Of a stretch of 52,972 nt of DNA, positions 39,286 through 48,004 are shown piece by piece. This stretch comes from a virus (taxonomy: Duplodnaviria; Caudoviricetes). The notes under the pieces were generated by a model, which saw only the letters and a program-made list of their open reading frames with translations, was not told the origin of the DNA and ran no database searches. Numbering within the stretch: position 1 is the stretch's first letter; each line of letters begins with the position of its first letter. Location: positions 1-52,972 of IMG/VR virus record IMGVR_UViG_3300020420_000019; one strand, 5' to 3'. A program made the translations under genes and the position numbers.

Positions 39286-40731
39286 ATGTACAATGCCGAA
39301 AAAATAATGGAGAAGTGGGCTCCATTGCTAGACGCAGAAGGTGTAGATCCTATTAAGGACGCACACCGTAGAAGCGTTACAGCAGTTCTTTTAGAGAACC
39401 AAGAAAAGTTTTTAGCAGAGCAATCTGCATTTGAGAACGGGACATCAATGCTAACTGAAGCAGCTCCTACAAACAGTGGTAACGCTGTTGGTGCTTCTGG
39501 TGCGTTCAGTGGTGGTTCAACCCCCGCAGGACCTGTAGCAGGTTTCGATCCAGTTCTTATCAGTTTGATCCGTCGTTCAATGCCTAACCTCGTTGCATAC
39601 GAGCTAGCAGGTGTTCAACCAATGAACGGTCCAACTGGTTTGATCTTCGCAATGAGATCTAGATACACCAATCAGTCTGGTGATGAAGCATTCTTCAACG
39701 AACCAGAATCTGCATTCTCTGCCAATAAAGCAGGAACTAACATTGGTCAGGCAACTCAAGGTGATTACACCGCAGGAGTTGATGATGACGGTACAGTTGG
39801 TTTCGGTTCTACTGGTACACAGAGAGGAACAAACCCTGCAATCCTTGAGAACAACGCTTCTGATGCTGTTCAAGCACAGTACTCAGTTGGTCAAGGTATG
39901 GCAACTGGAGACTCTGAAGCATTAGGCGATGGAGTTAATGGTGACTTCAACGAGATGGCATTCTCCATCGAGAAAGTTACTGTTACTGCTAAGTCAAGAG
40001 CACTAAAAGCAGAGTACAGTTTGGAACTAGCACAAGACCTTAAGGCAATCCACGGATTGAATGCTGAGGCTGAGTTAGCAAACATACTTTCTTCAGAGAT
40101 CCTTGCAGAGATTAACAGAGAAGTTATCAGAACTATCTACAAAACTGCAGAAGCAGGTTCACAAGTCAATGTTGCAAACAGTGGTTTCTTTAACCTAGAT
40201 GTTGACTCCAATGGTAGATGGTCAGTTGAGAAGTTCAAAGGACTTCTATTCAACATAGAGAGAGATGCAAACAGAATTGCACAGAGAACTCGTCGAGGAA
40301 AGGGTAACATCATCCTTACTTCTGCTGATGTTGCTTCTGCTCTAACTATGGCAGGTGTACTTGATTACACTCCTGCATTAAATGCAAACTTACAAGTTGA
40401 TGACACAGGCAATACATTTGCAGGTACAATCAATGGTAAGTACAGAGTGTACATCGACCCATTCTCAGCAAACAGTGCTCAAAACCAGTACTATGTTGTA
40501 GGATACAAAGGTACATCACCTTATGACGCAGGATTATTCTACTGCCCTTATGTACCATTACAGATGGTAAGAGCAGTTGGAGAGAACTCCTTCCAGCCAA
40601 AAATTGGATTTAAGACAAGATACGGTCTTGTTTCAAACCCATTCGCTGAAGGTACTGCTCAAGGTCTTGGTAGAATTACTTCTAACAGTAACAGATACTA
40701 CCAGAGAACTGTAGTTCAAAACCTAATGTAA
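39286..40731 (+). CDS. gp23: Major capsid protein gp23
   Basis: FDPVLISLIRRSMPNL, GVQPMNGPTGLIFAMR, KSRALKAEYS, YCPYVPLQM. Likely gp21 cleavage after LTE. Confidence 0.99.
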   Translation: MYNAEKIMEKWAPLLDAEGVDPIKDAHRRSVTAVLLENQEKFLAEQSAFENGTSMLTEAAPTNSGNAVGASGAFSGGSTPAGPVAGFDPVLISLIRRSMPNLVAYELAGVQPMNGPTGLIFAMRSRYTNQSGDEAFFNEPESAFSANKAGTNIGQATQGDYTAGVDDDGTVGFGSTGTQRGTNPAILENNASDAVQAQYSVGQGMATGDSEALGDGVNGDFNEMAFSIEKVTVTAKSRALKAEYSLELAQDLKAIHGLNAEAELANILSSEILAEINREVIRTIYKTAEAGSQVNVANSGFFNLDVDSNGRWSVEKFKGLLFNIERDANRIAQRTRRGKGNIILTSADVASALTMAGVLDYTPALNANLQVDDTGNTFAGTINGKYRVYIDPFSANSAQNQYYVVGYKGTSPYDAGLFYCPYVPLQMVRAVGENSFQPKIGFKTRYGLVSNPFAEGTAQGLGRITSNSNRYYQRTVVQNLM

Positions 40732-40751
40732 GCAAGTTGCTTATATACTCT

Positions 40752-40781
40752 AAAGACACCCCTCGCAGGGTGTCTTTTTTT
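40752..40781 (+). terminator. Rho-independent terminator after gp23
   Basis: Stem AAAGACACCC / loop CTCGCA / GGGTGTCTTT followed by a T run. Confidence 0.92.
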
Positions 40782-40790
40782 ATGCTACAA

Positions 40791-40798
40791 TATAAATA
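40791..40798 (+). promoter_or_regulatory. Late promoter TATAAATA
   Basis: Exact consensus immediately after the terminator. Confidence 0.75.
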
Positions 40799-40820
40799 TA
40801 AACATCTATTAAGAAATGTT

Positions 40821-40937
40821 ATGGATGATGACAGAGACTTACTTGCAGAATTAGCAGAGGCGATAGCACAAGGTCCTATCATCTTCACTCCAGACGAAGA
40901 ATTTTTGAAAAGAATAAACGATAAAAAAGAGGACTAA
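40821..40937 (+). CDS. 38-aa acidic hypothetical peptide
   Basis: MDDDRDLLAELAEAIAQGPIIFTPDEEFLKRINDKKED. The track start 40737 would cross the terminator, so ATG 40821 downstream of the promoter is preferred. Confidence 0.6.
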   Translation: MDDDRDLLAELAEAIAQGPIIFTPDEEFLKRINDKKED

Positions 40938-40940
40938 ATA
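40933..40940 (+). promoter_or_regulatory. Probable late promoter variant ACTAAATA
   Basis: 22 nt upstream of gp3. Confidence 0.55.
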
Positions 40941-40962
40941 ACAGTAGGAGAGAACTGTTTGA

Positions 40963-41535
40963 ATGACCAATTCCTTTTACGACAATCAAATAAAGAATAG
41001 GAATTTTCTGTCACCATCTGGGTTTCAGTTCAATCTTGCTAGAGCACCAAAGGTAGATTTCTTTTCTAACTCAACTAGAATACCTGGCATTCAGTTAGGT
41101 AATATTGATGTGGGAAATTATCTAAAGTCGATTCCTGTGCCAGGTGATCAAATACAGTTTGAGGATCTCACTCTACAATTTTTAGTAGATGAGAACATGG
41201 AAAACTACTTAGAAATCCATAACTGGATTTACTCATTAGGTTATCCTAAGTCTGTTGATCAGTTTGGAGACTTGATTCGTGCTGATGATAATCAATTTGT
41301 TATAGACAATTTAAGACAGTTTAGTGATGGAACACTAACAGTTTTAAATAGCAACTTTGTTCCTATGTCATACATTAAATTTAAAGATCTATTTCCAGTA
41401 TCTTTATCTACTTTGGAATTTACTGCAAGTGAAACTGATTACTCGTATTTTACAGCAACGGTTACATTCAAATATCTAATCTATGAAATCCTTGACACCA
41501 AGTTCAAGGTTAGAACATCATCAATTACAACATGA
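40963..41535 (+). CDS. gp3: Tail tube terminator/completion protein gp3
   Basis: NRNFLSPSGF, FLVDENMENYLEIHNWI, FKDLFPVSLSTLEF; position after gp23. Confidence 0.88.
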   Translation: MTNSFYDNQIKNRNFLSPSGFQFNLARAPKVDFFSNSTRIPGIQLGNIDVGNYLKSIPVPGDQIQFEDLTLQFLVDENMENYLEIHNWIYSLGYPKSVDQFGDLIRADDNQFVIDNLRQFSDGTLTVLNSNFVPMSYIKFKDLFPVSLSTLEFTASETDYSYFTATVTFKYLIYEILDTKFKVRTSSITT

Positions 41536-41954
41536 ATCTTGAGACTATACAAAGTATGTGGGAAAAAGACTCACAGATTGACCAAATTAAAATTCACGAC
41601 GAAGCAGCAAAGATCCCAATGTTACATGCAAAGTACTGGGATGTTTACAATGCTCTAAAATTATTAAAAGAGAAAGCAACAGCACAAGAATATAAGATTA
41701 AGTTAGATCGGCACAACTATTACACAGGAAAATCCGACCCTTCAGTGTATCAGGCCGAACCATTTCCATATAAAGTAAGAGAGAAAGATTCAGTAAAAAG
41801 GTACATGGATGCTGACGATAAGGTACAGACCATAGTATTGAAGATAAGATATTACGATGTAATGTTAACATACTTAGAAGATATTATCAAACAGATTAAT
41901 AGTAGAGGGTTTCAATTAAAGAATATTATTGATTGGCAAAAACTATCAGGATGA
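41532..41954 (+). CDS. uvsY: Recombination mediator UvsY
   Basis: MWEKDSQID, IPMLHAKY, RGFQLKNIIDW; upstream of uvsW. Confidence 0.9.
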   Translation: MNLETIQSMWEKDSQIDQIKIHDEAAKIPMLHAKYWDVYNALKLLKEKATAQEYKIKLDRHNYYTGKSDPSVYQAEPFPYKVREKDSVKRYMDADDKVQTIVLKIRYYDVMLTYLEDIIKQINSRGFQLKNIIDWQKLSG

Positions 41955-43441
41955 TGTCAGACATTATTATCTCAAAAAAGAATGAAGTCTATTTAAAGAT
42001 AATATCAGAACCTCATGTTGCCCATGAGTTGTCTGACCAGTTTACATTCGATATACCTGGTGCAAAGTACATGCCACAGTATAGGAATAGACACTGGGAT
42101 GGTAAGATAAGATTATTTAATTTACAGAAAGGAGAAATATATGTTGGATTACTTGATAAGATAGTATCGTTCTGTAAGAATCATAATTACGATTATAAAT
42201 TTGAAGACAGTAAGTTCTATGGCACTCCATTTGAAGTCAATGATATGATTTCTATGGAAGGTGTCAAGGATTATATGAATGCTATATCTAAGATTCCTCC
42301 AAGAAGTTATCAAATTGAGGGAGTATACGATGCTCTAAGACACAACAGAAGACTACTGATAAGCCCAACAGCCTCTGGCAAATCGTTGATGATTTACTCA
42401 TTAGTGAGGTACTTCGCAGAGCAAAAGAAAAAGACTCTGATAGTTGTTCCAACGACATCTCTGGTAGAGCAGATGCATAAGGACTTCGTATCTTACGGTT
42501 GGGATGCTGATACATATTGCTCCAAAATTTATGCGGGTCGTGAGAAAGAAGTAGATACTCCTGTTGTCATTACCACCTGGCAATCTATCTATAAACTTCC
42601 CAAGATATACTTTGAAAAGTTTGAAGTTGTCATAGGTGACGAGGCACATCAGTTCAAATCTGCGTCGCTCGTAAAGATTATGACAAAATTGCATGAAGCA
42701 AAGTATCGTTATGGGTTCACTGGTACACTAGATGGCACACAAACACATAAACTTGTCCTAGAAGGACTGTTCGGACCTTCATATAAGACAGTTAAGACAC
42801 ATGAATTGATGGAGAAAGGGTATCTTGCTAAGTTAAATGCTAAAATTATACTATTAAAACACCCTATGAGTGGTAAAGTATGCTTCGATACCTATGAAGA
42901 GGAGATACAATACCTTATATCACATGAAAAAAGGAATAACTTTATTAAAAATCTAGCATTAGACCTTAAAGGTAACACCCTGATACTGTATAGTAGGGTG
43001 GAAACCCACGGTCAAATCATATACGATCTAATAAATAGTAGTGACGATCGTAAAGTGTTCTTTATTCATGGTGGAGTAGATGTTGAAGACAGAGAACAAG
43101 TTCGTGAAATAACAGAGAAGGAGACAAATGCAATCATTGTTGCCTCTTATGGTACTTTCTCTACAGGAATTAACATTAAGAACTTACATAATGTCATTTT
43201 TGCATCTCCTAGCAAAAGTAGAATACGCAATTTACAAAGTATTGGTAGGGTTCTAAGAAAAGGATCTAATAAATTTAAAGCAACTTTGTATGATATTGCA
43301 GATGATTGTACAGTGACTCTACCAAACTTAGAGACAAAGAGAAACTACACATTGAATCATCTGGTAGAAAGAATTAAAATATATAATGAAGAACACTTTA
43401 ACTATGATCTTGTAAGAGTATCGTTGAAGGAGAAAAAATGA
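41951..43441 (+). CDS. uvsW: SF2 helicase UvsW
   Basis: WDGKIRLF, SPTASGKS, DEAH, TGT, LQSIGRVLR. ATG at 41951 (or 41954) overlaps the uvsY stop. Confidence 0.96.
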   Translation: MMSDIIISKKNEVYLKIISEPHVAHELSDQFTFDIPGAKYMPQYRNRHWDGKIRLFNLQKGEIYVGLLDKIVSFCKNHNYDYKFEDSKFYGTPFEVNDMISMEGVKDYMNAISKIPPRSYQIEGVYDALRHNRRLLISPTASGKSLMIYSLVRYFAEQKKKTLIVVPTTSLVEQMHKDFVSYGWDADTYCSKIYAGREKEVDTPVVITTWQSIYKLPKIYFEKFEVVIGDEAHQFKSASLVKIMTKLHEAKYRYGFTGTLDGTQTHKLVLEGLFGPSYKTVKTHELMEKGYLAKLNAKIILLKHPMSGKVCFDTYEEEIQYLISHEKRNNFIKNLALDLKGNTLILYSRVETHGQIIYDLINSSDDRKVFFIHGGVDVEDREQVREITEKETNAIIVASYGTFSTGINIKNLHNVIFASPSKSRIRNLQSIGRVLRKGSNKFKATLYDIADDCTVTLPNLETKRNYTLNHLVERIKIYNEEHFNYDLVRVSLKEKK

Positions 43442-43869
43442 AAAAAGAAGAAACCTACTTTGTTTTCAAATTGATCTCAGGTGAAGAGATAATAGCAGTC
43501 ACCACTATGGACGACAGTGGTGTAGAACCTTGCTTCTTTATTGCCGAACCGCTAAAAGTAGAGTTAACTCATAAGGGTACAAACACATTAGTTAGATTAG
43601 TACCTTGGATAACCATTCCAGAAGAGGATGAGATATATCGTTTGTCATTTGATAAAATTATTACTTTAAAAGAATTAGATGCTGATCATGAGATGGTGTT
43701 AGCATATGATCATTATAACCTAGGAAGGAAAACGACGACCGCCAATCGGGTAGATATTAGTGAGAAGATGGGTAAACTAGGTACTATAGACACTGCTAGA
43801 GTGTCCTTAGAGAAAATATTTGTTCTTGATAAGTCTATTGATAAGCCAGGTATTTCAACTACAGTATGA
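43438..43869 (+). CDS. Conserved T4-like hypothetical protein (Sm-like fold possible)
   Basis: KLISGEEII motif; usual position between uvsW and gp55. Confidence 0.7.
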   Translation: MKKEETYFVFKLISGEEIIAVTTMDDSGVEPCFFIAEPLKVELTHKGTNTLVRLVPWITIPEEDEIYRLSFDKIITLKELDADHEMVLAYDHYNLGRKTTTANRVDISEKMGKLGTIDTARVSLEKIFVLDKSIDKPGISTTV

Positions 43870-43890
43870 TCTTGAAACGCCCACAAGGCT

Positions 43891-43919
43891 ATTGTACATG
43901 TATTTTGCATTGTTGTCAA
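43891..43919 (-). promoter_or_regulatory. Antisense sigma70-type promoter TTGACA-N17-TACAAT
   Basis: Reverse complement reads TTGACA acaatgcaaaatacatg TACAAT. Confidence 0.6.
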
Positions 43920-43932
43920 GCTATGTTATAAT
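43905..43932 (+). promoter_or_regulatory. Sigma70-type promoter for gp55 (TTGCAT-N16-TATAAT with TGn extension)
   Basis: ttgcat 43905-43910 and tgtTATAAT 43924-43932, 21 nt before the gp55 ATG. Confidence 0.65.
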
Positions 43933-43953
43933 ATACACAGAAAGGTAAATATA

Positions 43954-44430
43954 ATGCCACGAAAAAGATCCGATCATTATGTCAATAACAAGGAATTGTT
44001 AGAAGCAATGATTGTCTATCGCAGTAAATGTGCTATCGCTAAAGAAAAGGGGAGCGACCCACCTGCCATCAGTAACTATCTTGGCGAGTGTTTTTTAAAA
44101 ATAGCAACTCACTTATCATACAAACCTAACTTTGTTAACTATATGTTTAGGGAGGATATGATAGGAGATGGTATAGAAAACTGCGTACAATACATTCATA
44201 ACTTCGATCCTAACAAGTCTAACAACCCATTTGCATACTTTACCCAGATAATCTATTATGCTTTTCTCAGACGCATACAGAAGGAAAAGAAACAACTTGA
44301 GATAAAAACCAAGATAATAGAAAGAACTGGTTATGATCAGGTCATGGTAGTCGAGGACGGTGCAGGAGGTACAAGTTCGGACTATAATACAATTAAGGAT
44401 AACATTCAGTATAAAAACACTAATAGATGA
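43954..44430 (+). CDS. gp55: Late-transcription sigma factor gp55
   Basis: HYVNNKEL, YLGECFLKIA, DMIGDGIENC, NPFAYFTQIIYYAFLRRI. Confidence 0.97.
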   Translation: MPRKRSDHYVNNKELLEAMIVYRSKCAIAKEKGSDPPAISNYLGECFLKIATHLSYKPNFVNYMFREDMIGDGIENCVQYIHNFDPNKSNNPFAYFTQIIYYAFLRRIQKEKKQLEIKTKIIERTGYDQVMVVEDGAGGTSSDYNTIKDNIQYKNTNR

Positions 44431-45485
44431 AGACAGCGATTATTACTGATCAGCATTTCGGTATGAGGAAAGGCAACCGAATATTCCATGATTATTTTAA
44501 AAAATTTTATGACACAGTATTCTTCCCGACGCTCGAAAAAGAAGGAATCAAAACGGTCATTGATATGGGAGATACTTTCGACAACCGTAGAACTATTGAT
44601 CTCTGGAGTCTCGAATGGTCGAAAAAAAATTACTTCGATCGCTTGCGAGATATGGGCATCACTGTGTATACTATCGTGGGTAATCATACTGCCTATTACA
44701 AAAACAATAACTCAATCAATTCTATTGATCTTTTACTACGAGAATATAATAATATCATCACTATCCCTGACTACGCAGAGTATACGATTGGCGACACAAA
44801 ATGTCTTTTCATAGGGTGGATGAATGAAGAGAACAGACCTAAGATAGAAAGAAAAATAAAATCATGTAAATCTAAAGTATGCTTTGGACATTTAGAATTA
44901 AATGGATATGCAGTATACAAAGGTTTTACCCAGAGTCATGGTGCTAGTGGTGATGCAGATATCTTTAATAAGTTTGAGAGAGTTTATACTGGACACTATC
45001 ATACTAGATCTACAGATGGTACAGTTTATTACCTAGGTAATCCTTATGAGATGTTCTGGAATGATTGTGATGACACTCGTGGATTTCATATCTGGGACTC
45101 AGATACATATGAAGCAACTCCTGTAAACAATCCTCATAGGATGTTTCATAAAATTTATTATAAAGATACTCCTCATCAATTGTTTGATGCCACTCCCTAT
45201 GCAGGTAAGATTCTAAAAGTCATAGTAGAGAAAAGAAGTAAACCAAAAGAGTTTGAAAAGTTCTTAGACAAACTTAACTCGGTATGTCCAGAAGATTTAA
45301 AAGTCATTGAAAGTGTAGACTGGAATCATGGTTATGTTCATGGAGAACAGTTTGATGCAGAGAATGAAGAAAATACTATCACTTTGTTAAATAGGTTTAT
45401 AGAAGAAGCAGAGGTCGATCTTGACAAAGGTAGAGTTAAAGAACTTATCGGGGGTCTATACAACAAAGCATGTGAGGTTGACTAA
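44427..45485 (+). CDS. gp47: Recombination endonuclease subunit gp47 (Mre11/SbcD-like)
   Basis: Metallophosphoesterase motifs DQHFG, GDTFD, GNH, GHLE, GHYH. Confidence 0.95.
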   Translation: MKTAIITDQHFGMRKGNRIFHDYFKKFYDTVFFPTLEKEGIKTVIDMGDTFDNRRTIDLWSLEWSKKNYFDRLRDMGITVYTIVGNHTAYYKNNNSINSIDLLLREYNNIITIPDYAEYTIGDTKCLFIGWMNEENRPKIERKIKSCKSKVCFGHLELNGYAVYKGFTQSHGASGDADIFNKFERVYTGHYHTRSTDGTVYYLGNPYEMFWNDCDDTRGFHIWDSDTYEATPVNNPHRMFHKIYYKDTPHQLFDATPYAGKILKVIVEKRSKPKEFEKFLDKLNSVCPEDLKVIESVDWNHGYVHGEQFDAENEENTITLLNRFIEEAEVDLDKGRVKELIGGLYNKACEVD

Positions 45486-45760
45486 TGTGGTTACTCACTG
45501 AAGAGGGTCGTCGTGAGGGTGCTTACGCAGTGAAAGATGCTGCAGGTGAGAAGGTCTTGTATATGTTTGAAGAGGAAGATGATGCAATTAGATATGCAGA
45601 GATGATGGAGGATGACAGGTCTAAAGACATGGATATTATAGAAGTTGACGAAGAGGTTGCAATAAAAGCGTGTGAGGTGTATAATTATAAGTATAGTATT
45701 ATCACAAAAAACGACTTCGTAATACCTCCAAAAAAGGATGATTCGGTTCAAAAAAATTAA
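45485..45760 (+). CDS. Conserved acidic hypothetical protein
   Basis: EGAYAV, FEEEDDAIRYA, DFVIPP; coupled between gp47 and gp46. Confidence 0.75.
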   Translation: MWLLTEEGRREGAYAVKDAAGEKVLYMFEEEDDAIRYAEMMEDDRSKDMDIIEVDEEVAIKACEVYNYKYSIITKNDFVIPPKKDDSVQKN

Positions 45761-47465
45761 GTGGAAAAACTTCTTATCTACTGGTGATCAGTGGACAGAA
45801 GTAAAATTAGATGATGATGGAACCACACTCATTGTAGGAGCAAACGGTGCAGGTAAATCTACTGTACTAGATGCTATATGTTTTGTGCTGTTTAATAAAC
45901 CATACAGAAAAATTACAAAGTCTCAGTTAGTCAATACAACTAATGAGAAAGGAACAGAGACAGAGATAGAATTTGAGATTGGTTCAAAACAATATCTTGT
46001 TCGTCGTGGTATCAAGCCGAACATTTTTGATATTGAGATAGATGGCAATATGCGTAACAAAGAAGCAGATGATAGAGTCAATCAAAAGGTTCTGGAAGAA
46101 CAGATACTAAAATTAAATTTTAAATCATTTACACAGATCGTTATTCTAGGTAGTAGTAACTTCATACCATTCATGCAACTCAACGGTCCTAACCGTAGAG
46201 AGGTCATAGAAGACCTTCTAGACATCAAAATATTCTCTGCTATGAATAACATAGTAAGAGACAAACTAAGGGTAGTCAAGGACTCTGTGAGGACTTTAGA
46301 GTTAAAGAAAGATAACTTGAATGATAAAGTATCAATGCAAGAAGAGTTTATAGAAGAACTAGACAAGAGAGGTAAAGAGACAATACACGAGAAAGAAGAA
46401 AAACTTAATATTATTGCGTTAGATGTAGACAAATTGTTAAAGAAAAATGAAAATCTTAACACTAGTATGGTTAGCATTCAAAGACAATTAGAAACTGTAT
46501 CAGATGCGTCAAACCGACTGCAACAACTAGGTTCTTTGAAACAAAAGATAAACAATAAAGTATCCAGAATTACTAAAGAAGAGAGGTTCTTCAGTGAGCA
46601 TAAAACATGTCCTACATGTGATCAGCACATTGAAGAATCATTTCGGTTAAATAGAATTAAAGACGCTCAATCTAAGGCACAGGAACTCAACGAAGGTTAT
46701 CAGAAACTGGAGGAGTCAATACGAAAAGAAGGACAACGAGAGCGTCAATCCCAACAACTCACAAAGGAGATCGCAAACTTAACTTATGACATTTCTCAAA
46801 ACAATACTAGAATTTCTAGTTTACAACAACAAACAGGAGATCTACAACAGGAAATTCAAACTGTTACCAGTAAGTTACAAAATAGAAATTCTGAACATGA
46901 GGAATTAGGAAAGTTTAAGGGGGAACTAGACATTGTATTCGATAAACTTGCTACAGAAAAAGAGGAAATAAACTACAACAACTTTGCATACTCTCTATTA
47001 CAAGATGGAGGAGTAAAGGCAAAGATCATAAAAAAATATCTTCCCTTGATTAATGAGCAAGTAAATCGTTATTTACAGATGATGGATTTTTATATCAACT
47101 TCCATCTAGACGAAGAGTTTAACGAAACGATTCAAAATCCAATACATGATAAGTTCTCCTATTCTTCATTCTCCGAAGGAGAAAAAATGCGTATAGACTT
47201 ATCACTCTTATTCACATGGAGAGAAGTCGCAAGATTTAAAAACTCTGCAAACACAAACCTATTAATATTAGACGAAGTATTTGATTCATCACTAGATGGA
47301 TTTGGAACAGATGAGTTTATAAAAATTATAAAGTATGTCGTAAAAGATGCTAATGTATTTGTGATATCACATAAGACAGATATGTTAGATAAGTTTAGTA
47401 CAGTAATAGAATTTACAAAGAAAGGTGGATTCTCTTACTCTACTAAGAACTCTGCTGACGCATAG
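45738..47465 (+). CDS. gp46: Recombination ATPase gp46 (Rad50/SbcC-like)
   Basis: Walker A GANGAGKS, zinc hook CPTC, signature FSEGEK, LDEVFD, coiled coils. Confidence 0.96.
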   Translation: MIRFKKIKWKNFLSTGDQWTEVKLDDDGTTLIVGANGAGKSTVLDAICFVLFNKPYRKITKSQLVNTTNEKGTETEIEFEIGSKQYLVRRGIKPNIFDIEIDGNMRNKEADDRVNQKVLEEQILKLNFKSFTQIVILGSSNFIPFMQLNGPNRREVIEDLLDIKIFSAMNNIVRDKLRVVKDSVRTLELKKDNLNDKVSMQEEFIEELDKRGKETIHEKEEKLNIIALDVDKLLKKNENLNTSMVSIQRQLETVSDASNRLQQLGSLKQKINNKVSRITKEERFFSEHKTCPTCDQHIEESFRLNRIKDAQSKAQELNEGYQKLEESIRKEGQRERQSQQLTKEIANLTYDISQNNTRISSLQQQTGDLQQEIQTVTSKLQNRNSEHEELGKFKGELDIVFDKLATEKEEINYNNFAYSLLQDGGVKAKIIKKYLPLINEQVNRYLQMMDFYINFHLDEEFNETIQNPIHDKFSYSSFSEGEKMRIDLSLLFTWREVARFKNSANTNLLILDEVFDSSLDGFGTDEFIKIIKYVVKDANVFVISHKTDMLDKFSTVIEFTKKGGFSYSTKNSADA

Positions 47466-47550
47466 TGTGCCAATAATATTAGTGTCCATTTTGACCTTTG
47501 GATGGGTATGTAGTCCATTATAATAAGTACATACCAAACAAACAAACAAA
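47466..47550 (+). promoter_or_regulatory. Early-type promoter region: TGTGCCA/GTGTCCA boxes, TATAAT, CAAA-repeat leader
   Basis: TGTGCCA 47466-47472, GTGTCCA 47482-47488, TATAAT 47519-47524, (CAAA)4 before the ATG. Confidence 0.65.
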
Positions 47551-47733
47551 ATGAAAGGAGTTCAATTATCACCATGCATCGACTATCTCTCAATGGAAGA
47601 TGATCAAGGTGCTGTAGGTGTGTTAGTATTTCGTGGTACTATGCATCAACCTGCTATGGTTGCATCAGTAGAATGCCAAGAAGATTTTAAATCTGCATAC
47701 AACGAATTCAAAACTTATGAAGACTATGCCTAA
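47551..47733 (+). CDS. Small hypothetical protein
   Basis: First ORF after the promoter and A-rich leader. Confidence 0.65.
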   Translation: MKGVQLSPCIDYLSMEDDQGAVGVLVFRGTMHQPAMVASVECQEDFKSAYNEFKTYEDYA

Positions 47734-48004
47734 TTCAAAAACAGAAGTTATCCTAGAAAGATATCCATACCGTTTTGTCCAGAAGGGTATGTTAGAAATC
47801 AATGGCGAACCAGACTATCGCATACAAAAGTTCAATGATATCCAGAAGAGATATTATGACATGTATTACCTTGATAGTTCTATACAGTTAGACTGTGCTA
47901 TTGAAGATCCTGAGTATGTCAAATGGTTAGACCCAGATCCAGAAGTTGCTGCTTATCCTAATCAAGGTGATGTAGTTGTGTCTCCTTATGGTTGGCATTC
48001 ATGA
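47717..48004 (+). CDS. Conserved cyanophage hypothetical protein
   Basis: ERYPYRFVQKG, PDYRIQK, EDPEYVKWLDP. True start may be 47726. Confidence 0.75.
   Translation: MKTMPNSKTEVILERYPYRFVQKGMLEINGEPDYRIQKFNDIQKRYYDMYYLDSSIQLDCAIEDPEYVKWLDPDPEVAAYPNQGDVVVSPYGWHS

Noticed and set aside
40737-40820. Upstream extension of the small ORF after gp23
   Set aside because: It spans the terminator hairpin and late promoter; ATG 40821 is more plausible.
43030-43037. AATAAATA inside uvsW (and GATAAATA at 8321 in gp8)
   Set aside because: Intragenic in AT-rich DNA and could be chance; not supportable without TSS data.
43713-43919. 68-aa minus-strand ORF as product of the antisense promoter
   Set aside because: Its start codon coincides with the -35 hexamer, so it lies upstream of the predicted TSS.
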